A stretch of 64,000 bases of DNA from Gonapodya sp. JEL0774 (taxonomy: Eukaryota): positions 1-64,000 of the forward strand of contig JADIIX010000107.1 of assembly GCA_027604505.1 (NCBI GenBank), in the 5' to 3' direction. Under the pieces are notes generated by a model, which was not told where the DNA came from, did not search any database, and was given only the letters and a program-made list of their open reading frames with translations. How positions within the stretch are numbered: position 1 is the stretch's first letter; every line of letters starts with the position of its first letter. The translations under genes and the position numbers were made by a program. This document shows positions 49,856-63,308 of the stretch, piece by piece.

Positions 49856-52661
49856 AACTGGATGGCTCAGATTACTATGTATTGGGTGGAGTTGGCCAAG
49901 GGCTGATGCAATTTTGGTTGCGTTCTGATCCTTTCGAAGCCGAGCAACTGCGAACTCGTGCAAGAATTTTATCATCAATTTATCATCTGTTACGTTGTAC
50001 AATCGCGAATAATTTGGTTTCTTTGAATAATGATTTTGACGGTTTGCCTCATCGATGTTCTGTGCGATTCAAACACTCAACATGCCATCAATTGATCTGG
50101 TAGCTGGAACCGGAAGACCGAAAATTGTTGACCAACCGCTGAATTACCTCCGCTCCACTCTGGGGCTTGCTCGCGTCTGGAACAGCAAATTCGTTCCGTA
50201 CACTGTCAAAACGCCAAACCCGCCACACCTCTCATGGTGGATTTGGTTTGACATCTAAGAGAGTGAGAAGAAGAACGAAAGGGTCCAGTTAGTGCAAGAT
50301 CGGGCAAACTATTTGAGCACAACTAAAATGCAAAGGCCTGTTCTGGACTCCGGAGGCAGGAGCTGATGTTGTTTCTGAAAAAGAACAGGTATATCCTGTG
50401 AGAAAGGGCGTTCAAAGTCACGAACAGCTTTCCGCGAGCAAAAAACAAAATGGCATGGTGTTCAGCGTGAACTTCCCTGCATGTATTACATCCGCACTTT
50501 CTGCTCACCAAGCCTACCGCATCAACTCACCTAGGACATGTCGTCTTGTTATCGTGAGTAGCGTTGGTGCCCCTCGACATTCAACGAGCAATCGACAAGC
50601 TTGCCCCAGTACATGACGCCAACAAGCTACGATCGTTTTGTGAGTGGACAAGCGTTCAGTATTGAGACTCGCAAACCAAAGTAATTGCAATGCGAACTCA
50701 CCTGGTACTTAAATAAACTGACTTGTTCCACCGCGGTCGTTTAGCCGGATGCAGAGGCGTTCATCACAAGCGCATGGTGACCACCCGGACGAGTGACCAC
50801 ATGTCATGGCTCAGGTTTGACCCCCTTCCACGGTGGCTATTCCCTGCCCTCCAGGGAACCCGTACTTTCTATCGTATGGGTACACTCGTGCTCCGGCTCC
50901 TCGCCGATCGAGACACGCGTGCCGCCCGGGAATTGGGCGGCCCGAGCTGCCTTTGGGCCAGCCAGCTCCCAGTGACGAAAATGGGGCACATGTCGGTCAG
51001 CCCAGTTGTGGTCTCTCCATAATTCGACTGCAGGCAGTAGGAACCAGTTTTGATGCAGCGGCGTGGATTGGTTTGACATCTAAGATAGTGGACAAAACGA
51101 AAGGGTTCTGGTGAGTGTATGATGCAGAGATGCTCTTGAGTACAGCCAAGATGTCCATTGATGTTCCAGAGCAGGAGTTGATGCCGTTCCTGAATAATGC
51201 CAGACATTGACAGTGAGAAATGGCGTCCAAATTGACGAACAGCGTACGGAGCGCGAAACGCCAACGCTGATGTTCGACAGCTCGCCCGCTGGACTCTCCC
51301 TTCTTTCCAGGAAGAAGACATCCTTGAAACCTTTTCAAACAGCATCTTATGTGCGTGGAACCAAAACAGACACCCACAATCCAGCGGCACTACACACCCC
51401 AGTTATTCACACTTAGGCGTCCAGTTTGACGTTCTTAAGTATCCTTCACTTCACGAGCGTTCTCTGGCCAGTCTGTCCCGTCAACGGAATGCAACGCGAA
51501 CTTGCTGGAAGCGGACACGATGGAGGAAGAATCTGTTCCTGTTGATAGACGTTTTACAGATTCATAGGTACTTGTATTGTGTGCATGTTAGCTCCCAGAT
51601 GCTTGGGAAGCGGACTTTTTATTAGTTAGAAGTGTTCCCCGTACTGTCAAGTTGTTCAAGCACCTCCGGAGGGAGGCTGGACTTTGCACACAAAATGATC
51701 GGCGCTTCAAGCCCAGCGCCGCAGGGACGGGTCAACCATCTCCGCACTGCACTGACAGCAGGGAACACAGCAAACTCAATAAATGATAAGTAATGGTTTT
51801 CACTTCATCAAACGAAAGGTCCAGAACATGTACCAAATACCAGGAATTTATTCACAACATCATGAAGTGGACATGGCACTGCCAATTGCAAATTTGCTCT
51901 GCTGGTGTGCCTGTGCACGCGACCAGAAGGAGTTGGAGGATTTGGAGGGCCGCGTGCAGAAGATTTATTAGAGAGAGTTTGCGACAAAAGACTCGGTTCT
52001 GAACTGCAGAGGTCGGAGGAGTGCCGCAGTTGCATCATTGTCTGTGCTTCAACAATTTTCTTGGAGTCTTGTTGTTTGGAAGGTTTATAATTAGATATTT
52101 ATGGAGGAACGGGTCCAGTGTGGGAGTGTGACTGCGCCCCACGGAGAATTGCGACATTCGGATGAGGCGAACCAGGTTGTTCTTCACCTGGCACACCCAA
52201 AGAAAGAAAGTGTGGAGATATTATCTGTACACGAGGAACAAGTCAGGTGACTGATAAAATCGCATAGATAAGTCGGAAACAAAGTGAGTGGAAAAGGGGA
52301 CAGAAGGGATAGAGAACGTTCCGGGACGAGAGGTGAGATACTCGTTGAACAGAATTGCCTGATATCATCGATTCTGAACACGAGGGAGGCACGATGGTGG
52401 CGCGGGTCAGCTACGGATCGCAGGTTGCCTTCATCGCAGCAAGTTTGGTTACAACGGGATGCGTTGCTGTGAACGGCGACGGGAATGGAGGCTGCCCATC
52501 ACTATCGAATCGTCTCTTCCGAGGAAGACCCGAACACACCTTTGTCCCAACACACAAAGCACTCACTACCTCCGCTCACCGATTCTGTTGCGTTTTCCAG
52601 CCCACACCACCACTATCACTCCTCCACACAAGTGCTTTAGAACACCGCCGTATTCTCCACC

Positions 52662-55600
52662 ATGTCCCTCGCTGCCCACGACGCAGCGTCCCTCATCGCG
52701 CACCTCTCGTACTCTCTATCAGATTCCGTAATAGTCGCCTCCCGAGACGACAATGCCGCACACCGAATTCTGAAGCACCTTTATGGATGGGCCGGTCTTA
52801 AGGGTGCGAACCCCTCCTCAAAGCGTCACAATGCCAGAGGATCGGTCACAGCCGTAGAACACATCGTCGCTGCTCGTGCTCTCGTGCCGTCTCGCCTTCA
52901 TGATCTCGCTGCCGAAGGCCACTTCTCGACGGTCATTGTCCATTCGGAGGACATTCACAGTATTCGACCCACATTAGCAAACTTGGCCACTGCGTCTGCT
53001 CCTGCGGTTTTTGTTGTTATCGTTGATGACGCCCATACCGACTCTTTCGGTCATGATGACCTCAACCACCATCGGGAGGAGCTCCCGAATGGACACATCA
53101 ACGGCCATGATTCTACCAACGGACTCACCAATGGCGATTTACAAACTAATGGTCACTCTGTAAGTTTTGGAGTGCGGAATGACAGAGAGTGTTATCCAGG
53201 TGGAGCGGCGGCGGCGGCGAGGCAAATCCGTGGGTGGCCTGAAACCGCTTTTGGTAAACGGATCATCTCGTAGGAGTTTGCATCGTGGAAAAGCCATCGG
53301 CAATCTCAGAGGAGCTTGCAAGCACTATTTGATTTGCAGCTCTGCGATTTGAAGTGCTTTGGATGTTTCAGTTTTGTGGGACGAACTTTGCATCGGAGTT
53401 CGCATTCATAATCCACGGTACTTGCACCCCTTTCTGTCAACTACCAATACCATCTCAACCCCTTTCACTCTATGCTCCGCTTGTCGACATCTCAACCAGG
53501 CTTCCATACCTGCGCTGCACCCAACGTTGCCCCTCCCTGTTCTTCGACCCACCTCCCTCACCTCCCTCCACGACCTCCTCCTCACCGCCCTCATCGCCTC
53601 CCCAGCATCTCTCACACCCGTTGCCGTCCTTGTGGACCTATCGGTGTGGCATTCGACTGCCACGTATGTGCCTGTTCTGGGTGCACACAGATTGGCGGAG
53701 ATCGCGGCGAATCCCGTCCACCACCAAGAGTATGCTGTGGCCCACGAGGCGTTGAAGCACGCTGCAAGTACAGGTGGTGCGTTCTTCGCACCGTCAGCAA
53801 AGTCACCTGCTGTCGACGATTCGGCATCCGGGAAAGCTCCAGCCCACGGCACTCCCACTGCCGCGCACGCGATCGCTCACGTTCGGGGTTCCCTCTTCCC
53901 GCATGCCGCTTCTGTCCTCCCCCCCTCAACCCGCGTTGTGGTCTTGTCGTCATCCCCCCTCACTGCATCCTTGCACGCCCATCCAAGCCCCGCCGAAGTG
54001 GCGGTAATTGCAGTGGACACCCTGGCCACGGTAGAACATGTTGCTGTGGCTGTCAAGGCAGGAGCAAAAGTTGTGGCGGTAGAAGATGGATATGCTGGGG
54101 TTGTGCAGGCGTTGAAGTGAGTGGAAGGTTTCCGTGTTTTCGTGAAGGAACTTTTGCTGACCTTCCTTTATGATACAGAATTGCACTCGCCACCCACAGC
54201 AAACCCGGACCGGTGCATGTCCACTCTGTGCGCGCGCTGGGAACTGCGCTGAGCAAGGAGGAGTGGCACGAGTTTGTCACATCAGTATGTACAAGTTTCC
54301 GTCAATGATTTCTTCCAAAGCAAGTTTTGATTGCATCCGATAATCTTTCTCCCAAAATTCATTGCACTTGCTCTGAACGCATCAGACATTGACGAGCCAC
54401 CTACCTTCCTCGCTCGGTCACCCCGCGACGCCGGCCACTTCAAGTCCGCACACTTTCCCAGCCCCATTGACCCCTTACCTGTCCTCTCTACACACCATCC
54501 TCCCTCGCATACTTGTCCTCCCCCAGCCCGGCACCGCCTCGGTGTTTTCAGTCGGCGCCGCTATAGCTCAAGTAGCAAAGTGGAACGCCGCAGTCGCCGC
54601 AGCCGTCGCCAAAGCCGCCACTATAGGAGGGGAGGTCGAGTCCGTGGTGCGAGGGTGGAGTGTGGGGGAACAAGGCGTGAGTGAGGTGGAAGAGGTGCTC
54701 GCGCGTTATGGGAAGCAGAATCTTGTGGAAGGTGTGAGGGAAGTCGGGGGGAAAGCGGGATTGGAGAGGCCGGGGTGGTGGGTGGTGGCAGTAGAGGGCA
54801 TCGATAGGTGAGTAATATTCTGGGAGGCTGAGTTATGCCAGAATTGTTGGGGACCGGTGGCACTAACATCCTTTCGCCGTCGCTTCCCTCCTATAAGTTC
54901 GGACCCATCCACTGCCCTTCACACCCTTCTCGCCTCACAACTACCGATTAAGCTTCTCCTCCTCACTACCACACCAATCGACCCTTCATCGCCCACACGT
55001 CCTAAAGACTTCGCCTTGCCCGCTTTACTCCACAACACGGCTTTTGTAGCCTCCACGTCTCACTCTGCGAATCCCACTCACTCGCACACCGTCCTCAAGC
55101 TTGCAGCCCACTTCCCCGGTCCTTCCGTCGTGGTAGCCTACGAGCCCCGTGCCGGAGGTCGAACCGCTGGAGTAAAAGAAGCGAAAAAGGCAGTAGAAGA
55201 TGGCGCATGGCCCATGTACAGATGGGATCCGCGCGGGGATGGAGAGTGGAAGCTGGAAGAAGGGAAAGTCAGTCGGCAGGTTGACGGGTGGTTAAAGCGG
55301 GGCCAAGAGCTCAGGTGCGTTCAGGATTTGGGTTGTTCAGCACTTCTTACATCAAGTTTTCGCAAAATTCTATTATGAACGTAGTTTGCTTTCCAAGCCC
55401 CAACCCTCCATTCCTCCGGCGTTCGGATCCTCCCTCGAAGGGGACCTGTCTCTTGCCGCGCAGCGAGCATCTTCGCGGGCTTATGATCGCTTGCTCGCAT
55501 CTCTGTCTTCCACTCCGCTTCTGATTCTCTACGGCTCCGATGGTGGAGCTGCGTCATCCGTGGCGAAGAGGCTCGCTGCACAGGGAACCAAACACGGGTT

Positions 55601-58273
55601 TGCACCCAAAGTCGTCGCCGCCGATGAAGTGCCCGTTGAGGCAATTGTTGAGGCGGGTAAAGTAGTCTTTGTTGTGAGCACAGCAGGGCAGGGGGAGTTT
55701 CCTGGCAACGCAAGGGAAACGTGGCGTGCGGTGAGCAAGTGCAAGAAGGGTGAATTGCCGTGGGAAGGAGTGGAGTTCGGAGTGTTTGCGATGGGTGACT
55801 CAGCGTATTGGGGAAAGGGTACCGTTGAAAGCGTGAAGTACTTCGCGAAAGCGGGCAAGGATTTAAACGCGAAACTGGTGTCATTGGGGGCTAAGGAGCT
55901 CGCGGAAATCGGGTTGGGAGATGATCAGGCGGCTGACGGTGAGAGATACGCCATTGAGACAACGGTTGAGCCAACCCTTCTCATCACATTCCCTTCTTCA
56001 GGCTATAATACCGCCTTCCACGCTTGGACCGTCTCCCTCTGGACCTCACTTGGTGTTGAGGGTGTGGGTCCCGAAGCGGAGCCCCTTATCGCCCCCGACG
56101 ATGGTATAAAGGAGGCCAGCAACTTCTTACGGGGCTCCATTCTGGAGAGTTTGGCAGATGAGACTACTGGTGCAGTCGCAGAGTTAGATACAAAAATGTT
56201 GAAGTTTCACGGGACATACATGCAGGATGGTGAGCAGGACTGCTTCTAATTTTTCTGGATGGAACTGTTACGTGACACTTTTTCGTCACACTTCCAAAGA
56301 CCGAGACATCCGTGACGACCGCAAGCATGCCGGTCTCGAACCTGCTTATTCCTTCATGATTCGGGTCCGCCTCCCCGGTGGCGTTGCCACGCCCGCTCAA
56401 TGGCTGGCGATGGACACCATTGCGGCCGAAACCGCCAACGGTACGCTGAAGATCACGACCCGGCAGACCTTCCAACTCCACGGGGTGGTGAAAAAAAACT
56501 TGAAGAAAACCATGCAAGGAATTAATGCAGCATTGATGGATACAATTGCGGCTTGCGGTAGGTAGTGTTTGCCGCTGTACTCTATTGCTTGTGGACTTGC
56601 GGCAATTTCGTCTGATCGTCCCGACATCCTTCTCCACAGGGGACGTTAACCGTAACGTAACATGCAACCCTATTCCATACCAGAGCGAGCACCACATGGA
56701 GGCCTATGAGTTCGCAAAAACGTTTAGCGAGCACCTCTTACCAAAGACCAATGCGTACCACGAGATTTGGCTCGACAAGAAACTCGTCGCTACCACTCAG
56801 GAGGATGAAGAGCCGTTCTATGGAGCTAGTGAGTGGAATGGCAATCGATCGAAAATTCGTCTCCATTCGGCTCCGAACTCGAACTGAACGTTTTGTAACA
56901 TTAAGCCTATCTCCCCCGCAAATTCAAGTGTGCTGTCGCGATTCCGCCTTCTAACGATGTGGACATATTCACCAATGATCTTGGCTTCATCGGCATCATT
57001 GAACACGGCAAGCTCGTCGGTTATAACCTTACTGTCGGTGGTGGAATGGGTGCAACTCACGGCAACAAGAAGACGTACCCTAGGTTGGGTGATGTGCTAG
57101 GTTATGTGAGCAAAGAGCGTGCTTTAGATGCCGGCAGGGAGGTTATTGCTGTTCAGAGGGACCACGGTGACCGGACCAACAGGAAAGTGGGTGTGCACAT
57201 GTCGTTGCTTTGATGTAAAGTTCATGAACACTCCGATCCAATTTTGCAGCATGCCCGTTTAAAATACACCATCGACGACCACGGTCTTGACTGGTTCCGT
57301 GGTGAGGTTGAAAAAAGGTGACTTTGATAGATCAATTTCTGTCGGTGCAAGCCTTCGTAAACACCAAGACATATCGGTTTCCATTGCTCACAGGTTGGGA
57401 TTTAAGTTTTTGCCCGCGAAGCCCTTTCATTTCGAGGAGAATGGCGACCGATTTGGCTGGACTTCCAATTTCGACGGTACTTCCAACTTCACCCTTTTCA
57501 TTGAGAATGGTCGTGTTCACGACACGGCGGACTTTCCCATGAAGACGGCGCTTCGTGAGCTTGCTCAATGGCACAAGGGCGACTTCCGTCTGACCACGAA
57601 CCAGCACCTCGTAATTGCAAGAATACCGCTTGCCGATAGGGCGAAGTTCCAGCAATGGTTGTCAAGGTACCCATTGTTTGATCCCAAGGGGTATTCAGGG
57701 GCTCGGTTGTTCTCTGCTGCATGGTGAGTTATGGGTCTAGAATATGTTGAGTGGATCGTACAGGACCGGACTAAACTGTTCTTACGTCATCAGCGTTGCA
57801 CTGCCGACTTGTGGCCTTGCATTTGCTGAGAGTGAGCGGTATCTCCCCCACCTCATTACTAAGCTTGAGGACGTTTTGGAAGAGTCCGGCCTCCGCAACG
57901 ATGCTATCGTTGTCAGAATGACTGGTGAGTCTGAGGCACCAGGAACTTCAGTTGGCTCCAATTCATATTATCTTTGGAACACGTCATAGGTTGCCCCAAT
58001 GGGTGTGCTCGCCCATACAATGCAGAGCTTGCCTTTGTTGGGAAAGCTGCGGGGTCCTATAATGTATTGATGGGTGGTGCCTTCAATGGCAGTCGATTGG
58101 CCAAACTCTACAAGGAATCTCTTGGAGAAGACGAAATCATCAAGGAGCTAGCGCCCATTATCAAACGATACGCTCTGGAAAGGAATGACGGGGAGAAGTT
58201 TGGGGACTTTGTCATCAGGGTTGGGTACGTCAAGAAGGTGGTGGTTGCGAAGACAGATTTTAACGACTTTTGA
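52662..58273 (+). CDS. MET5: Assimilatory sulfite reductase (NADPH) beta/hemoprotein subunit, fungal multidomain type
   Basis: PFOR-like N-terminal region (WPMYRWDPR), flavodoxin ([28 protein letters not shown]), [56 protein letters not shown] (siroheme/4Fe-4S ligands). Confidence 0.95.
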
Positions 58274-58692
58274 GGCATTGTTGTTTGTAGTAAGCATAGA
58301 GGCTGGATTGTCCTGGCCCGTTTTAGAGTACAGATGCAATGCACACGCTATCCATGTATTTTAGTTTCTGAAAAAGGAGTGATGATTTCCAACATGACAT
58401 GTAATCATTCAGCATTGCATCACCAAGGAGTCTGGAAGAGGCTCGAGCACTGGCACCGCACAAGTCGGACAACCATCACGATGAGGTGAGACAGTGGCCG
58501 ATTGACAAAACCCAGATGGAATCGGCATGTTGGCGAAAGGATCAGAAGAACTCTGGTGAATCGGATCGCGATTGGCAACCCTCTCCACACAGAGGTCAGC
58601 GCGTGGGTCGAAAGATAAGATGCCGACAGATAGTGATCACAGACAGGATTGCTTAAATAAAATGCAGGAGCTTTGCTGCCAACGTGGACAAA

Positions 58693-61600
58693 ATGGAACA
58701 GCCGAACTGCAGAATAGGCGTTCTTCTCTGCAGAGTGTAACTTTGCTTCACCTTACAGCGAATCCATTCGAGTATATATAAGACCACGTCCACTCAAACA
58801 CAATGAGATGAGATCTCGTTCTTTCAAGCTCAACGGCAACACCGTCACATGTGGCCTCGAAGCTCCTCCAGGTAGTGGACAGGTGCCACCTCCTACCTTC
58901 ACATTCGACAAGGTCGGCACCGAGGCGACAACACAAGAGGAAGTCTGGGACGTTCTGGGCAGGGAAGCTTGCGATCGATTTCTTAATGGCTTCAACGGAA
59001 GTGTGTTCTGCTATGGCCAGGTGAGCACAGTCATCCGCAAGGTTCAAATGGCCCCAGACTACGATAGAGCACCTTAACTGACGGCCATCAGAAGAAACTT
59101 GAAGCTAGAGATGGCTTGAGCGCACTACTGGCGTGCTAGCGTTCTTGTTGAGCAGTGGGGGTGGGAGAGAGACTTCAATCAGTCGCCATCCTAGCCCGGA
59201 GAACCGGGCGGATTGACAAATCGGGGTTTTCGCTAAACCCCTTTCCTCTTTGTTTTTTCTGCTATCTTCGACTCTTCTACCGAGCGAAGACCGGTACCGG
59301 CAAGACCTACACCATGATGGGATCACCGGACAAAAAGGGAATTCTGCCCCGAGCGTGAGTTCACTTCATGGCAACGGACAGAACTTGTATGGCAACCAAG
59401 CACAAGATCGCTGTGCAAAAGGGTGACCGCGCTGTAGGGTAGCCGCAATTCGATTGTCGCTCGTAGGAGAATGCACACAGGTCGCTGCTCTACGGAAACA
59501 CAGGGTGCACGTCGCTTGATCGTCTCATCTGTCCTGGTGGGATGGGGAGCCTTGGCCAAGAAGATTCCGCTTTCTCCCTTATACAAGTGTAACCTGTGAC
59601 CCGTCATCTGTCTTCCCCTTCCCATCCACACCACCAGTATCGATCACATCTTCGCCCGCCTTGCTCACCTTCGCTCCAACCACCCCACAATGGACGCCGT
59701 CGTGCGCATTTCCTACCTGGAACTATACAACGAGAACCTGAGGGACTTATTGAGACCAGGAAGTGCTGCCGCAGGACCGGGTGGTTCAATGGCGGTCGGG
59801 ACAATGTGCACTTTGAGGGAAGATAGCAAGAAGGGGGTATGGGTGGAAGGTGAGTGGTATGGGAGAGAGCCTTGGAGGTGCCCTACAGGAACTGAGTGTG
59901 GATGGGGTAGGCGTTTCAAATTCCAATCCTGAGGATTCCCGAGTATCTCGGTGGGAAAGGAGGCAAGGGGAAACTGGTCAAAGATAAACGTCTGGAGAGC
60001 GTCACGTGTAGAGGAGGGGGCACTTCGTAGGTGATCATGAAAAGATCTCCCTTTTGCCCGACCTATTGCACTCTCGGGTTTCCCCGTCCGTTAATCACCT
60101 GCACCTCCTCCCTTCAGGGTGCATTGACGACCCTGTTTCCACAGCTCAAGCCGCGCACTCGCTCCTTCTTCAAGGAACCGCAGAACGGACCGTCGCGGCT
60201 ACTATGGCCAACGAGCGGTCGTCGCGATCCCACGCGATTTTTACCCTCACACTCAGGAGGACCGAAAAGGGTAGATCAGAACTTCCGAGAGGCAAGGAGG
60301 GAAACGATGGGAATAACGGGTCGGTCAGGGAGGTTGTCGAGAGTAAAATCCACTTCGTGGATTTGGCGGTGTGTAAAAAAAATTAGTTGAGTGAGCATGA
60401 ATTGCTCGCTACTAACATGATTTCTTCGTGGCCCCATACGCGGAACCTTCACAGGGATCTGAACGCCAGAAATTTACAGCTGCCCAGGGAATCCGTCTCA
60501 AGGAGGCAGGGTCCATCAACAAATCTCTCCACGCTCTTTCTCGTGTGCTAGACTCACTCGTCGCACGGACCAAGGCCGCCGCGGCATCATCAGCGTCAGC
60601 GCCATCGAGCTTCAGTTCGGTTGGAGGAATTGGAGCGGGCTTCACCAATTTCAGAGATTCCAAGCTGACGTTTTTGCTCAAAGATGCTCTTGGAGGGAAT
60701 TGTGTGACATGGGTAGTGGGCTGTGTTGCGGCAGCGCAGGCGGCAATGGGCGAGAGTGGGTTTCGTTTGAGCGGCGGATGCTCCAACGTCATAATCTGAC
60801 TTCGGCCAGTTTAAGAGTTCTTTGAGGATTGCTCACACTTTCCATTCACCATCTCCCGTCTTAAGCGCTTTCTACTCTGCGATTCGCCAACAATGCCAAG
60901 CAAATAAAGAATCCTGCTACCAGAAATGTGGAGATTGAAGGTGCGCCAATTCACGCATCACTCGTGAACGATTACCGTTCTCACTTCCAACAACGGACAG
61001 CCTCATCCTTTCAGGCGATGCAATCTGAGGTTGTTCGTCTGCGTGCGGAACTCGCCGATTTGCGAACCTCCCTCGCCTCCTGCGCCGCGCCGTCTCCCCC
61101 AACTCCGATCCGCTCGCCACTCCGTGTCAGCGATGCCCAATCAGTTGACGTGCCCCAAGGTGATACTACACCCGTTTTCGATGGCCCGGATGGGCGAGAA
61201 GTGGTGGCAAAGTTGTTGGCCAAACTGGAGGAGATGAGAGAGCTCTACGAGGCAAATTCAAAGGCTCAAAAGGAGCATGTTGGAAGACTAGAGCGCGCTT
61301 TACAGCAACAACGAATGGTGAGTTTAAACTTCTTGCAGATTGATCATCGCATTCTATTCAGCTCGAGGGCTATATTTTGTATTCGGGCGATATTCTTTGA
61401 GCAGGCCCTAAAACTGAAGGACAGTAACAGCCGTAATGCAACGACTCCCTTCTGTCCCGCCGACTCACCGTGTCCGCCACCTCGTGGGCCCCCCGCAGCT
61501 CCAGAAGACGTTGTCGCTCTTCAGCGCGAAGTAGACCGGCTCACCCATTTTAATCCCGATGTGACGCGTTTTGCTGCAGAAAACCTCGAACTCCGTGCAC

Positions 61601-63308
61601 GTCTGGCGCGTCTGGAGACCCCCTCAGCGGTAGATGATCATGAATTCACACGGTATCTTCAGCAAGTACTGGAGGAGAACAGCCGCCTGCGCTCCCCGGA
61701 GTTAGTGCAACGTCTGGAAGCGGAATTGCAAGCTGCAATCGCCGCCGGATCCGAGCTGGGTGAAACGATGGCGGCTGCAGAAGAAGCCTGTAAGGATTTG
61801 AGGAAAGAGAATGACGAGATGCGGTCGCTTTTCGAGTCGAGCGTGAAACAGAATGAAGAGCTCAGAACGCAAGTTTCGAAGCAGGGGACAGTCCACGCGG
61901 AAGTTTCCTCTGAGCTCGCCGAAGCCCGGGCACACTGTTTGAACTTGGCCAGCCGAGTCTCTCAGTTGGAAGGCGAGCTCGCTCGACGTAGGCGGGAGTC
62001 TGCTGTACTAGATATTGAGAGGAAGATCATTGAATTGGAGCGGAGATGTGAAACCGAGAGACAGCGGACGATCAAAGCGGAAGCAAAATGCTCCGACATT
62101 TCCGTGAAGGCAGAAATGAAGTGCGCGGAAATGGCGGCGGAGGTGGAGAAGTTAGCCAGAGAGCTGGAAGAGGCGAAAGCGCAGGTATGTTCAAGTTCTG
62201 AGGGCCATGCCATTTGCACATATCAATGTCCTCTCTCGAAACCCAAGCTTTCGACTTTGGAGGGTGTCGATGAATCCTATCAGATCCTGAAGGAAGACAA
62301 CTCCCAACTCGCTATCAGTTTGAACGAAACTAGAGCTCATGCAGCGCGTTTGGAAGCACATCTCCAGGCTTACAGGGATTCCACGAGTCAGCATGACGCG
62401 GAAGTGGTTGCGGAGGCAAACGAGTCCTTGAAGCAACTGGTGGGTTTAGCGGACATTAGTGCTTCACACTATATCACTGGACTCCTTGCGATCTATAAAT
62501 CAGGCCGCCACTGTTTTGAAACTCGAATCGGACTTAGTTGCGAAGTCTGGAGACCTGGACACAGTACATTCCATCAATCGTGGTCTTACCGAACAACTTA
62601 AAGTGCTGAGAGCGGTTGAAGACGAGTTGAAATCTGTTAAGGGGCAGATCTCGCAGCTCACCAGCGAGAAGAACGGACTTGCTTTGGACAACGATCAGCT
62701 TCTTTTCGAAAACACTCTGCTCACTGAAGAGTTTGAAAAAGAGCAAATAGCCAGGAATCACGCAGTAGAAGAGATAACATCATTGCGGACAGAGCTGGAG
62801 ACATTGCGAAATAGGATTGTGGATCTTGAAATGCAACATGAGCATCAACTTCACATGAACGTCGGATTTTCTCGTTCGGAATCAGCAAACGACGACGCCC
62901 TCATGCTCGATTCAGAGCTGGATGACCACGAGAGCAACGACGAAATGACGATTTCCAACAAAGAATTTGCAAAAATTCTTGCGGAGAAGGAGAACGCAGG
63001 AAAACACGCAGAGAACGCACAGGAGGAGCTAATGTCACTCAGAGCAGAGTACCGAAAGTTGGCGGAGGAGCATGCAAAGGTTTTGCGAAGGTGCGTTTAA
63101 TGACAATATTTTTTTCCGTCACCATCCTGTAACATCCATTTTGCATTGCAGTAACAAAAAACAAAAGGTTTGCCCACACATCATGCGCGACACTATCAAT
63201 GCATCTCACCATTCAATTTTCCAGATTCATTACGTGGAACGTTTGAAGACAGAAAACAATACTTTGAAAGAAGAGCTCAAGAAGCTTCAACGAGATCACG
63301 GTACGTAG
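58693..63308 (+). CDS. Kinesin-12 (KIF15/Xklp2-like) motor protein, multi-exon
   Basis: Canonical motor motifs (GFNGSVFCYGQ/TGTGKT, NERSSRSH, FVDLA/GSER, INKSL, FRDSKLTFLLKDALGGN), stalk motif HFNPDVTRFAAENLELR, and HMMR-C-like tail NKKQK/IHYVERLKTENNTLKEE. The start codon is uncertain. Confidence 0.85.

Noticed and set aside
52662..55320. Separate pyruvate:ferredoxin oxidoreductase-like gene or novel fusion upstream of the flavodoxin domain
   Set aside because: Degenerate PFOR-like N-terminal domains are the normal architecture of fungal Met5.
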